Positions 54,255 to 63,880 of a DNA stretch of 64,000 bases are shown one piece after another (position 1 is the stretch's first letter; each line of letters starts with the position of its first letter). The position numbers and the translations under genes are program-made. The DNA is from Nitrospira sp. Lineage in GTDB: Bacteria; Nitrospirota; Nitrospiria; Nitrospirales; Nitrospiraceae. The stretch covers positions 24,607 to 88,606 of the forward strand of contig JAURZE010000028.1 in assembly GCA_030653545.1 (NCBI GenBank). The letters are read 5' to 3'. The notes beneath the pieces were generated by a model. The model was not told the DNA's origin. It worked only from the letters and a program-made list of their open reading frames with translations, and made no database searches.

Positions 54255-55598
54255 CTAGAATCTCGTGACGCTGGAGAAATGAAACTCCGGCAGGACCACG
54301 GCGGGCACGAGCATCTTTCCCGTTTCAGAGGTCACCGCTTCCATCGGTGTCGTCCAAGACTCAACGTGTTGGAACGCCCGCAGAGGACTCTCATGAAACC
54401 GGAAGTTCTTCACGGCAGACACGATCTCCCCCTTCTCTACGAGGAACGTTCCGTCCCGGGTCATGCCGGTTAATGTCAGATCGGTCGGATTGACCGTGCG
54501 GAGATACCAGAAGTTGGTGACAAGGATCGCCCGGTCGGTTGATTTGATGAGTTGCGCCAAAGAACTTGCCGACGCCCCCTCCATCGAAAGGCGCGGCGCC
54601 TCGATAGTCGGGATCGGTGCGATCTGTTGTGCCTGGGCCGTAAACCGGTCGTAGAACAGTTGCTGCAGGAGGCCTTGACGAATCCATGCCGACGCCATGG
54701 ACGGTAGCCCTTCGGCAGTAAAGCCGCCACCGAGCAGATCGGCGTGCCCCGGACAATTCTCCAACGAGAGGCGTTTATCCAGAATCCGCTTCTGCAGTTT
54801 TCCGGCAAAAGGACTCGTGCCTTTCAGGTACGACTTCGCGTCCAGCATCCAGATGATCCACGACCACAGGCCGGCCACCGCCGCCGGCTCGAGGATGACT
54901 CGATAGCGGCCGGGAGGCAGCTCCTGCGGCTCGGCCCCCACGGTGGCTTTGTGAATCGCGGACAGCGTGCGTTCCTGCACTTTCAGCCGATCGATGGATC
55001 GGTGCGCAGCCGAGGCCCACCCGGTCGCGTCACCGGCTTGCACGGTAATACTGAATCGCGCTTCCGTACGCTCTTCAAACGCAAGGAGTCCGGTGTCCGC
55101 CGCCACCCCGACCGACGCGCGGGATGAAGAGACAATGCCCGCAGCCGACATATTCTCCATACGGCATTGACCGATCGCTTCGTTCGCATATTCCAGCCGC
55201 AAGGATGGTCCGGCTTTGAGCGTCTCGCTGCGCGCCGTGGGACAGGCCACACATGCCTGCGGTCCGACCGGCGGCAGATACTCCGGATCTTCGGGAGACA
55301 CGCGCGCGATGGCTTCAGCCCGTTTAACGGTCTCGCGCAGCGAACCGGCCGTGAAATCCGTCGTCGTCGCCGTGCCCTGCCTGGCACCGAATGCTACCGT
55401 CACCGTCACGCCTCCCCGGCGCGTGTTGACGTTTTGGATCACCTGGTTGTTCGCGAATCGCGTCGTGCCGCCATCCTGATCATGCAATGTCACCAGAGTG
55501 TGGTCCGCCGTCGAACATTTAAGCACCAGTTCGGCGATAAACTGAAACTCCTCGCGGGTGGTCATCTTCGGCCAAGGCTTGGCGCCGGTGACAGTCAT
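54255..55598 (-). CDS. pmbA: PmbA/TldE metalloprotease partner
   Basis: TldD/PmbA fold signatures. ATG overlaps the tldD stop (ATGA at 55595-55598). Confidence 0.85.
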   Translation of the reverse strand: MTVTGAKPWPKMTTREEFQFIAELVLKCSTADHTLVTLHDQDGGTTRFANNQVIQNVNTRRGGVTVTVAFGARQGTATTTDFTAGSLRETVKRAEAIARVSPEDPEYLPPVGPQACVACPTARSETLKAGPSLRLEYANEAIGQCRMENMSAAGIVSSSRASVGVAADTGLLAFEERTEARFSITVQAGDATGWASAAHRSIDRLKVQERTLSAIHKATVGAEPQELPPGRYRVILEPAAVAGLWSWIIWMLDAKSYLKGTSPFAGKLQKRILDKRLSLENCPGHADLLGGGFTAEGLPSMASAWIRQGLLQQLFYDRFTAQAQQIAPIPTIEAPRLSMEGASASSLAQLIKSTDRAILVTNFWYLRTVNPTDLTLTGMTRDGTFLVEKGEIVSAVKNFRFHESPLRAFQHVESWTTPMEAVTSETGKMLVPAVVLPEFHFSSVTRF

Positions 55599-57052
55599 GA
55601 TCGTCCCTCGCCACGAATCACCCGGATGTTGCGGAAACGGGCATGCGAAGCGGCGTGGGTCATCCAGCCGGACTGGCCGGGCTGGCCCTTGCCGCAGGTG
55701 ATAAAACCGTAGCGTTGGCGATGCGACCGGTCGGCCACCCCGTCACAACTATTCCAAAATTCCGGCGTGATACCGTGGTAGATCACGTCGCGCAGCATGT
55801 GGGTCCGCCTGCCATTCTCGATCAGCCAGAAGGCATCCCCGCCGAACTGAAAATTATAGCGCCGCTGATCGATGCTGTAGGAGCCGTGGCCTTCGATATA
55901 GATCCCGCGCTTCACATCCGCAATGAGCGTATCGACAGTCGCCTCGCCTGGCTCCAGCCCGATATTGGCGATGCGCACGATCGGGACAGTCCCCCAACTG
56001 TCGGCACGATTCGACCCGCGCGAGCGGGCGTCGCCGATCTTCGGCGCGACTTCCCGATTCGTGCAGTAACCGACGAAGCGTCCCTCGCGCACAATGTCCC
56101 ATTTCTGGCAGGCCACTCCGTCGTCATCGTACCCGGTGGCCGCCAAGGTCTCCGGCTCCGTGTTATCCGCCACCAGATTGACCTGCGGCGACCCATACCG
56201 GAACGTACCCAATTTATCGGTCGTCAGAAAACTGGTCCCGGCATAGTTCGCTTCATACCCGAGCGCCCGATCCAGCTCGCTCGGATGGCCGCAGGATTCA
56301 TGCATGGTCAATGAGAGGTGTTCGGGGTCGAGCACCAGGTCGTACAGGCCTGCCTCCACGGCCGGCGCTCGCACCTTCTCGACCGCTTCGCGCGCCACGC
56401 GCGGCGCGTGCCCAAGGAAGCCGGCCTCTTCGATCAATTCATAGCCGCGCCGCAGTTGCGGCGTATTGAAGGATCGACTCGCGAATCTCCCGTCGTGGAG
56501 GGCCGTCGCCGTACAGTCTCCGCTCGACGCGAGGAGATCGAATTCCAGTCGCGTCCCTTCAGTCGACGCAAAGAGCTTGCAGTCCCGCCTCGCCCAGAGC
56601 TCGGCACTGCTCCGGACGACTTCGGACTGCGCTTGAAGCGACTCCATGGTCGCGAGAAGCAACTCCGTCTTTTGCCGAAGCGGAACCGTGAAGGGATCGA
56701 TTCGAACCGGGGTGACAACCCGCTCGCGATGGACCGGCTCTTTGGCCAGGATAACCTTTTCGATCGCGACCGACGCGGACCCTCGGGCGATTTCTATCGC
56801 CAGGTCAGTGACTCGCGGCACTTCTTCGAGGGAGAGAATCGAACTGGCCGCGAACCCCCAGCCTCCATGATAGAGGATGCGCACGCCGAACCCGACGTCA
56901 TCGGAATCCCGAATCGACGCGATCCGGCGATCCTCACCCCTGATACTTTGCATAGAGCTGTGCACGATGCGGATGTCGCCGTATTCGGCGCCTGATGACG
57001 TGATGCGCTTCAGCGCGAGCTCAGCGAAATCATCCCACGTGGGAGCGCTCAT
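55595..57052 (-). CDS. tldD: TldD zinc metalloprotease
   Basis: HESCGHPSELDR (HExxxH-type) and ...GGDAFWLIENG. Confidence 0.9.
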   Translation of the reverse strand: MSAPTWDDFAELALKRITSSGAEYGDIRIVHSSMQSIRGEDRRIASIRDSDDVGFGVRILYHGGWGFAASSILSLEEVPRVTDLAIEIARGSASVAIEKVILAKEPVHRERVVTPVRIDPFTVPLRQKTELLLATMESLQAQSEVVRSSAELWARRDCKLFASTEGTRLEFDLLASSGDCTATALHDGRFASRSFNTPQLRRGYELIEEAGFLGHAPRVAREAVEKVRAPAVEAGLYDLVLDPEHLSLTMHESCGHPSELDRALGYEANYAGTSFLTTDKLGTFRYGSPQVNLVADNTEPETLAATGYDDDGVACQKWDIVREGRFVGYCTNREVAPKIGDARSRGSNRADSWGTVPIVRIANIGLEPGEATVDTLIADVKRGIYIEGHGSYSIDQRRYNFQFGGDAFWLIENGRRTHMLRDVIYHGITPEFWNSCDGVADRSHRQRYGFITCGKGQPGQSGWMTHAASHARFRNIRVIRGEGRS

Positions 57053-57157
57053 CGCGTGACCGCCTTTGAGAGGAGTGAATGAATCTCGAATGAAGTCAGT
57101 ATAACAGGATCAGAGGAGCGCACGCAGAGGATCGGAACGGATGGGAGCGAAGACCGG

Positions 57158-57910
57158 CTAGAACAGTCCGGCAATACCGGTGTTGACCTTGTCCTGAATA
57201 ATCGGCGTGGCCTCAGGAATGTCGAGGTCCTTTTGTCGGACGTGACCCACCATACGCATCTGCTGCACTTTGGGGCTGCTCGCATGCTGGCCTCCGACCG
57301 GAGCACCGATCGTCTTCCCGAGCTTGCGATCAGTAATTTGGACATCCGTCACGCACAAATACGTGATGCCATCCTCTTTCGGAGCCTGTTGCATCTGCAT
57401 ACCGGGAAAGCCGCCCCCCCCGGCCATGGCCTGCCTCATCATGGCGTTGATGTCCGGCATGCCGCCCATTCCACCCATACCCATCATGCCCGCACCCATT
57501 CCACCTCCAGACATATCACCGGCAGAGGCCATCGTCGTACCGCCGCTGCTGATGCCGGCGCCGGCCCCGGCTTTCGCCACGCTTTCCGGTGTGACCCCGT
57601 CTGCTGCTTTGTGGCAGTAAATGACTTTGGCCTGGATCCAATAGTTCGCCTGCTCCGGATCCTTGACCAGCTGATACCCCTTCGCCGTCAACTTGGCATT
57701 CAGCTCATTCAACGTCACCTGCTGATTTTCTGACGCGTTACGGAGCTGCGTATAGACCGTCCGGTTGGTATTCGGATCCAGGAAGATGGTGTTGCTGTTC
57801 ATGAGGCCGGAACGGATGATGTTGGAACAGCCGGTCGATAGCAGGAGAAGGAACAGGATCGTCGTCAGGCGTGAAACGGAAAGCGTGAGGCGATCAGACG
57901 AACAGCTCAT
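57158..57910 (-). CDS. TraT-like (complement resistance / surface exclusion family) lipoprotein with Met/Gly-rich insert
   Basis: Lipobox LLSTGC. TIFLDPNTNRTVYTQLRN..., AKGYQLVKDPEQANYWIQAKV, ITYLCVTDVQITDR and ...IQDKVNTGIAGLF align by eye with F-plasmid TraT. The start shares 1 nt with the upstream stop. Confidence 0.7.
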   Translation of the reverse strand: MSCSSDRLTLSVSRLTTILFLLLLSTGCSNIIRSGLMNSNTIFLDPNTNRTVYTQLRNASENQQVTLNELNAKLTAKGYQLVKDPEQANYWIQAKVIYCHKAADGVTPESVAKAGAGAGISSGGTTMASAGDMSGGGMGAGMMGMGGMGGMPDINAMMRQAMAGGGGFPGMQMQQAPKEDGITYLCVTDVQITDRKLGKTIGAPVGGQHASSPKVQQMRMVGHVRQKDLDIPEATPIIQDKVNTGIAGLF

Positions 57911-58623
57911 TAGAAATTCCCCGCCACGGCGGCGCTCAGCTTCTGTTGCAACAGAGGCGTCGCTTCCGCCTCATCGAACTTCTTTTGGTGCACATCGGCC
58001 GCGAGCCGGGTTTGATACACACCTGGCTGCTGCCCCGCTCCGGATTTTGCCGGGGCCGGAGCTGAATCGCCCTGGCCCTGCTCGGTAATCTGAATATCCG
58101 CGATGCAGGCGTAATTCACATCGTCCGGCATCTTCGGAGAGGAGGAGGAACTGAACAAACTCCCGACCGCACTGCCGATGCCCTCGATGGCATTCAGCCC
58201 CATTGACGCCGCAGCCCCGGCCATGGCGCCCTGCGGTCCCGCCATGCTGGCCATGCCGGACAGGCCTTGCAGGCCGGACATCATCTTGGAGCCGAATCCA
58301 GACCCGTAACCGCCCGCGACCATGGCTTCCACCGGCATCTCTGGTTTCGTAATGTTGCAATACACGATATTCGCCAGCACGATGTAGTGTGCGGCGCTGT
58401 AATCCTGCACGACCTCATACCCTTTCGCGGTCAACCGCGATACCAGATCGTGAAATGAGACACCCTGATTGTCGGATGAATTGCGGGCCTGAACGAAGAC
58501 GGTTTTGTGCGTGCTGGGAGGCAGAAAGAACGTGTTACTGGCGATGAGATCGGTATCTTTGATGTTACCGGCGTAGGCGTTGACGGGAAGCGCGATCAGG
58601 ATGAGCAGCAGGACGTATCGCAT
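57910..58623 (-). CDS. TraT-like envelope protein, second tandem copy (signal peptide, no lipobox Cys)
   Basis: TFFLPPSTHKTVFVQARN..., AKGYEVVQDYSAAHYIVLANI, VNYACIADIQITEQ, YQTRLAADVHQKKFDEAEATPLLQQKLSAAVAGNF. Confidence 0.65.
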   Translation of the reverse strand: MRYVLLLILIALPVNAYAGNIKDTDLIASNTFFLPPSTHKTVFVQARNSSDNQGVSFHDLVSRLTAKGYEVVQDYSAAHYIVLANIVYCNITKPEMPVEAMVAGGYGSGFGSKMMSGLQGLSGMASMAGPQGAMAGAAASMGLNAIEGIGSAVGSLFSSSSSPKMPDDVNYACIADIQITEQGQGDSAPAPAKSGAGQQPGVYQTRLAADVHQKKFDEAEATPLLQQKLSAAVAGNF

Positions 58624-58797
58624 CGATACCTCACACCAAGCGGGACGGATTCTACGCAATGGCCGCCTCGAATAGCAACGGAGAAATTAGGCAGATCCGT
58701 GAGCGTTTCCCCTTACGGACCGTATTGAAGAATTCCAACGCATGGGCTAGCATGGCGGCCATTCGAGCCATTGGCTATTCCTGTAAGGGAGTCCCCG

Positions 58798-60963
58798 ATG
58801 CCAGCTCGCTCGTTTCTCCTTGTAAGCGTCGCGCTGTTGACCGCCAGTTGCGGCGGCGGTGACAAGCACCTGCCGTCCTCGAATCCGCCTGAGTACGATC
58901 CCAAGAAAGTCTATACGGCACCGGCCGCACCGACTGTGTCCATTGCAAAACCGGCAGAACAGGGCCCACCGCCAATCCAGTTGCCTCCGCTCGAACCGCA
59001 GCCGAATGAAAAGGGCGAGTGGAAGAAGACGCCGGTTAACCCGGAGTTGCTGCAACTATTCAACAGCATCAAAGGCCCGTGCGATGCCTTGACCAAAATC
59101 GTCCAAGGCCTCGGCAGTGCACAGCTGTTTGTCGGGAAAGAAGGACAGTCACTCAAGCAATCGCTCGGCACACGGGCCGAGTCGGTTGCGCGATCCTTAG
59201 ATCAGCAGTTGTTCGACAACTTCAAAGCACAACTCGGCCCGACTGTCGCCGATTGTCCCTCACCAGCGTCTGCGCGCAAGAGCAGCATGGAAGAGACCAA
59301 CCCGCCTCGCCTCGTGCTCGCCTCAGGACCTTCCCATGGGTCCTTCCAACTCGCGCAAGCTACGGGGCCAGGAGGTGAACGGGAGGGGTATACCATCACG
59401 AAAGGCTCAATGAACATCCCCATCCCTCCCGATGCGGTGGGCAGGAAGTCACGGGAATGGAGAGTTGAGGAAGGAAACACTCCGCAAACGGCCGGCGACC
59501 GCAAAGGTTTCTCGCTCATCAATGGCGGCTACGCCAAGAAATGCCCCTCACCGGACCCCGGCGAGGAAGGGGCCTATGTTGTCGAGGGCGACTATGAATT
59601 TTCCATGGTCGTAGACCAGACGATCAACTATTCCGGGAGCATCCGAACGGAGTACAACGCTCGAAGCATTCACGCCACCTTGAAAGGCCGCGTTGACGAT
59701 GATGCGAAGCTCCAGTACGTCGATCTTGACGCGTCGCTGGTGATCGGGAGCGGAGGGACGAATAGGCCAACATCGTTTGCTCATCAGCACCAACATGTCC
59801 GGTTTGTGCCTGATCGGGGAGCGGGAGGAATGCCGTCGCAGTTTTCCAATTGGTCGGTCTCGGAATGGGACTCTGCTCTGGCGGGCACGGCCCAAAGTGA
59901 AGCCATGAACATGTTGCTGCTGGCCGTGACGATATTCTCCGGGCCGTTCTACTTGACTGCTGAAGGTGAATGGACCACAGCCAATACCTGCGTGGAGATT
60001 ACCTTCACCCCGCCGACCAAGACAAGAAAGTTTGTTCCAAGCGAGTCGACTCCGGTGAAGACGGAACTGCGCACCAAAAAGGGATCGAACGTCGTTCCGG
60101 CGAAGTTCAAGGAGGCGAGGGAGCGGCCCAGGGAGGGCAATGGTCGTGTGTCGCCGAGGGAGGACAAATCGGAGAGCAACAGGTCGGCGACGTTCACCTA
60201 CCAGGCCCCGGCTACAAAGGTTCAGCACAGTGGATTTAGGCTGACGGCGGTCTCCCGGGCGGGAGTCGGCGAAGCGAAGGACGGAGAATGGGAATTGGCC
60301 CCTTCTGCGTATGTCCTTGAATTCAAGTCGCACATCGTTCAGGAGCCTTTGAATATTGTGAGTGGATTCGGCATGCAAATGAGTTCGAATGGATTCGATG
60401 CCCAGGTCGAGGCGACAGTCCCCCTTCGGCGCAGAGAGAACGATGGCGAATGGGTTGGGGAAGGCGTGATGCAATACACAACTCGCACAATGACTCAGCC
60501 GGCCTCGTGCGAAATCCGCATTCAGGGCACCGGCAAAACAACCTTCCATGTGAACGGAGGCTCGATCAAACTGGACCCCGAGCCATTTGCCGTGAAACTC
60601 GTTATTCTTCCAGGGCAAACAGAGGAAGTGGCAGAGACCCACTGTTCAAGCGGCAGTACACCGGAAAAATTAAAGGAGTTGTTTGCATCACAAGGTGTAC
60701 AAGGCAGTGAGGGGCACGGTGTGAGCAAAGCTGGGGGATGGCGCTCAGCTTTCAATGTCACGCGCTTCAGGACATTCATATGGACTCCGGGTAGGCAAGG
60801 CTACGAGATCGGAGGCTGGACCCCGGTACGTGACTCCGATGTGATCGCCAAAAAGACAATCACCGTCAACTGCGGCCTAGGAGCTAACACCTGCCGGGAA
60901 GAGACGACGCTGACCTTGCGATTGGCCGATGAGCCAGATGCCGCAGCATCCCCGCCGAGATAG
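58798..60963 (+). CDS. Large orphan lipoprotein (721 aa)
   Basis: MPARSFLLVSVALLTASC lipobox. The long ORF has coding-like composition. No domain recognised. Confidence 0.6.
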   Translation: MPARSFLLVSVALLTASCGGGDKHLPSSNPPEYDPKKVYTAPAAPTVSIAKPAEQGPPPIQLPPLEPQPNEKGEWKKTPVNPELLQLFNSIKGPCDALTKIVQGLGSAQLFVGKEGQSLKQSLGTRAESVARSLDQQLFDNFKAQLGPTVADCPSPASARKSSMEETNPPRLVLASGPSHGSFQLAQATGPGGEREGYTITKGSMNIPIPPDAVGRKSREWRVEEGNTPQTAGDRKGFSLINGGYAKKCPSPDPGEEGAYVVEGDYEFSMVVDQTINYSGSIRTEYNARSIHATLKGRVDDDAKLQYVDLDASLVIGSGGTNRPTSFAHQHQHVRFVPDRGAGGMPSQFSNWSVSEWDSALAGTAQSEAMNMLLLAVTIFSGPFYLTAEGEWTTANTCVEITFTPPTKTRKFVPSESTPVKTELRTKKGSNVVPAKFKEARERPREGNGRVSPREDKSESNRSATFTYQAPATKVQHSGFRLTAVSRAGVGEAKDGEWELAPSAYVLEFKSHIVQEPLNIVSGFGMQMSSNGFDAQVEATVPLRRRENDGEWVGEGVMQYTTRTMTQPASCEIRIQGTGKTTFHVNGGSIKLDPEPFAVKLVILPGQTEEVAETHCSSGSTPEKLKELFASQGVQGSEGHGVSKAGGWRSAFNVTRFRTFIWTPGRQGYEIGGWTPVRDSDVIAKKTITVNCGLGANTCREETTLTLRLADEPDAAASPPR

Positions 60964-61136
60964 ATCGCGTCCAGGGTTTCAAGAGGTGCTTCTGATCGTC
61001 GAGTAGGAACCAGCAGCTACAGAAAGCGAGGTCCTCTCTCTGGGGGAGACTCAAAGTAACAGTTCACCAAGAGAACAACTTTCGCATCGGCAAGATTCCG
61101 CTTTAACTCCACCGCCGACTCGCCTACGATAACCCC

Positions 61137-61508
61137 ATGCTCGTTCCTCCACGCACACCTCGCCAGCGCATGATTGAACTGTTGATCGGCACGCGCCTGG
61201 CGACCCACCAGCTGGCCCAGATGCTCGGTATTCCCGAACGGCAGGTCGAGGATCATCTCGAACACGTCGTGAAATCCATCGCCCGTGACAAAACCCGTTG
61301 CTTCATCCTGGAACCGTCACGCTGTCAGGATTGTGACTTCGTCTTTCGTGACCGGCGGCGGCTCACCAGGCCCAGTCGCTGCCCCCAATGCCACAGTGAA
61401 GATATCGCCCCACCGCGTTACGGCATCGACCTCGTAGAATCATCAGCCGTCGCACAACAACAAGTCCGCCGCGACTCAATAGGATGCGATGAGAAAGGAC
61501 CACGATGA
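61137..61508 (+). CDS. HTH domain fused to C4 zinc ribbon (COG3357-like regulator)
   Basis: RQRMIELL...THQLAQMLGIPERQVEDHLEHV, then CQDCDF...CPQCHSEDI. Confidence 0.6.
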   Translation: MLVPPRTPRQRMIELLIGTRLATHQLAQMLGIPERQVEDHLEHVVKSIARDKTRCFILEPSRCQDCDFVFRDRRRLTRPSRCPQCHSEDIAPPRYGIDLVESSAVAQQQVRRDSIGCDEKGPR

Positions 61509-61729
61509 CGGTGACCCGCTTCCTGCTCTGTGCCCTCTGCTGCAGCCTGTTGCTGAGCTGTTCTGGAGATAAAGCGAAAGAACTGTTGGAAACCGCCGAG
61601 TTCGAAGAACGGCAGATGAACCTGCCGCACGCCAAGCAGCTCTATGATGACGTGATCCGCCTCTATCCCTCCAGCAAACAGGCAGAAATCGCCCGGGCCC
61701 GGCTGGCCCAATTACATACCAGCCCCTAA
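61505..61729 (+). CDS. Small helical lipoprotein
   Basis: ATGA overlap with the upstream gene. Lipobox LLLSCSG and one TPR-like helix pair. Confidence 0.5.
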   Translation: MTVTRFLLCALCCSLLLSCSGDKAKELLETAEFEERQMNLPHAKQLYDDVIRLYPSSKQAEIARARLAQLHTSP

Positions 61730-61861
61730 CCGGTCTGCAGCAATACTCTCCCCCCTTCAGAGGCTCCCACTCCCCCCCTTTCGAGGCACGCTGGGGCGCC
61801 GTTCTGCGAGTACACTCAGACCATGATGCAGAACAGGATCCACTCTGGCGAGGAGGCATTC

Positions 61862-62191
61862 ATGGTCAAGACGTACAGTGTGCGCAGCGCAGACCGCGTC
61901 CCCACTCAATGCACATTCTTATATTTCTGGAACGGCACGCTCGAACAGGGGAAGGTCTGGGATCTCTCGGAAACCGGCTGGCGCGCCAGCACCAAACAAC
62001 CTCTTCCTCCCGGATCGGAAACGACGGTCTACCTGGCGCTGCCGGATCGCGATGTCTACAAATACATGATTGTGAATATGGCGACCGTCTGCTGGTCGGA
62101 CGGGAAAACGGCCGGATGGAAAGTGTCCCACATCGATGAAGCGGCAAAGAGCCGGCTCGATCAGTTTTTGAATGGCGCAGAGGAAGACTGA
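61862..62191 (+). CDS. PilZ-like small protein
   Basis: GAGGAGG lies 6 nt before ATG 61862. RSADRVP...WDLSETGWR resembles the PilZ signature. Confidence 0.45.
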   Translation: MVKTYSVRSADRVPTQCTFLYFWNGTLEQGKVWDLSETGWRASTKQPLPPGSETTVYLALPDRDVYKYMIVNMATVCWSDGKTAGWKVSHIDEAAKSRLDQFLNGAEED

Positions 62192-62979
62192 CCCGTCTTC
62201 GGCCACCAGGGAATGAAGGCGTTCGTGGTTTCCTGATAGCGACGATAATCATTGCCGCGCGTTCGAATGGCCTGTTCCTCCGCCCAGGGAATACCGGTGA
62301 TCCTGACCAGCGCCACTCCCATCACCAGCGGACCGATCCAGGCCAGAAGCCAACCGGGGCTGCCGATCGCCATCACCACATAGGCCCACCAGTGCACCCA
62401 TTCGAAAAAGTAGTTCGGATGGCGTGAGAAGAACCAGAGTCCGTCGCGGCAAACACGATCGTGATTCCACGGTTTTGAGCGAAACCGGGCGAGCTGCAGA
62501 TCCGCAAGGGACTCCCCGGTAATCCCGATCAGCCACACGATCACGCCGGCCAACTCCCACAAGCCGAACGGCGGTCGAGGGTTCTGCATCACGGCCAGAA
62601 AGGGAAGGGAGAACAGCACGACGGCGGCCGCTTGCAGCTGAAAGTATCCGAACATTCTGAGCGGCTCTGACAAACGCCAGTCACGGCGCAACCGTTGATA
62701 GCGCTGATCTTCGGTTTTTCCGATCACCCGATTAGAGAGGATGTACCAACCCAGACGCAAACCATAACCCGATGCCATGACGACCAGCAGAAGCTTCCGC
62801 TCACTCTCACCGGTCGCCAACCATCCGTACCCCGCCACGACCGCGACCAGACCGAAGCACCACCCGACATCCGCAAGCGAGGCATTACGCCGGACGCGCT
62901 CGACCAGCCACCACAGAGCCATCCAGCCCGCCATCGCGATCCAGGCCCAAAGGAGCAACGTAAGTGGATCATGAGACAT
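62161..62979 (-). CDS. DUF1295 / steroid 5-alpha-reductase-like membrane protein
   Basis: Multi-TM, with GLWFFSRHPNYFFEWVHWW. Its 3' end overlaps the convergent gene by 31 nt. Confidence 0.7.
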   Translation of the reverse strand: MSHDPLTLLLWAWIAMAGWMALWWLVERVRRNASLADVGWCFGLVAVVAGYGWLATGESERKLLLVVMASGYGLRLGWYILSNRVIGKTEDQRYQRLRRDWRLSEPLRMFGYFQLQAAAVVLFSLPFLAVMQNPRPPFGLWELAGVIVWLIGITGESLADLQLARFRSKPWNHDRVCRDGLWFFSRHPNYFFEWVHWWAYVVMAIGSPGWLLAWIGPLVMGVALVRITGIPWAEEQAIRTRGNDYRRYQETTNAFIPWWPKTGQSSSAPFKN

Positions 62980-63004
62980 TGAGACCTCACGAAAAGACGC
63001 GTGC

Positions 63005-63880
63005 CTACGTCAGCGGATAGTCCCACACATCCGTATCCGGAGATGTGCGACTCATCAGCCATGAACGGAATCCGGGAATCGGAAACGAGAGAAGCCGCTG
63101 GAGCTTCTCACAGCGCATCGACAGATCCGGTGGCCGCGACGGCCCGTGATACGCGGCCACCGATCCCGGCTGAAGGCGCGACGCCAGCTCGGGATAGCTC
63201 ACCGCCAGCGCCTCGCCGATCTCCATTCGCGACAGCCGTTCCGCTCCTCCAAGATGATAGAGACCGGAGGGCTTCTGCGCGACCAGCTCCCAGATCACCC
63301 GCGCGACAGCCCCGGCCGGCACCGGGCTGCGAAATTCGTCGGTAAAGAGCGTGAGGCGTTGATCGCGTCCGGCGCTTCGCCGCATGTCTTCCACAAAACT
63401 CCGATCGCCGGTCGCCGAGGTCCCGGCCGTCAGCGCCAAACGAATCACGGTGTGCCGGGGATTGCCCAGGACAATCTCCTCCGCGGCGGCTTTGGTTTCG
63501 CCATACCGGTTGATCGGATTGATCCGGTCCGTTTCGACATACCAGCCTTGCCGGCCGTCGAATACTTGATCGCTCGAAAAGAACAGCAGGGGCCGGTCTC
63601 CCGCGAGCGAGACGAGAAACGCTGTGGCATCGACGTTCACTTTCCTGGCCAACCCGGGATCTTGCTCGCAGACAGCGGGGCGGCTGATCGCCGCACAGTG
63701 GATCACCGCCACCGGCTGATGCTCCTGCCAGAGGCGGCGAACTGCCATCTCGTCCGTGAGATCCACATCCTGTCTCGTCAGGCCGCGGACATCCCAGTGG
63801 GGCGCCCACCGGTCGGCAGTCCGCAGAAGATAGCTCCCGACCAATCCGCCCGCGCCGGTAATCCATACAAGCGGCTTCAA
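63005..63880 (-). CDS. RmlD-like NAD(P)-dependent sugar reductase (dTDP-4-dehydrorhamnose reductase family)
   Basis: TTG start with GGAGG RBS. WITGAGGLVGSYL Rossmann motif and ...NRYGETKAAAE (YxxxK). Confidence 0.8.
   Translation of the reverse strand: MKPLVWITGAGGLVGSYLLRTADRWAPHWDVRGLTRQDVDLTDEMAVRRLWQEHQPVAVIHCAAISRPAVCEQDPGLARKVNVDATAFLVSLAGDRPLLFFSSDQVFDGRQGWYVETDRINPINRYGETKAAAEEIVLGNPRHTVIRLALTAGTSATGDRSFVEDMRRSAGRDQRLTLFTDEFRSPVPAGAVARVIWELVAQKPSGLYHLGGAERLSRMEIGEALAVSYPELASRLQPGSVAAYHGPSRPPDLSMRCEKLQRLLSFPIPGFRSWLMSRTSPDTDVWDYPLT

Noticed and set aside
59548-60642. 364-aa minus-strand ORF
   Set aside because: It is antisense to the lipoprotein ORF, which has a proper lipobox, RBS context and balanced composition. 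The antisense translation is Arg/Pro/Cys-rich.
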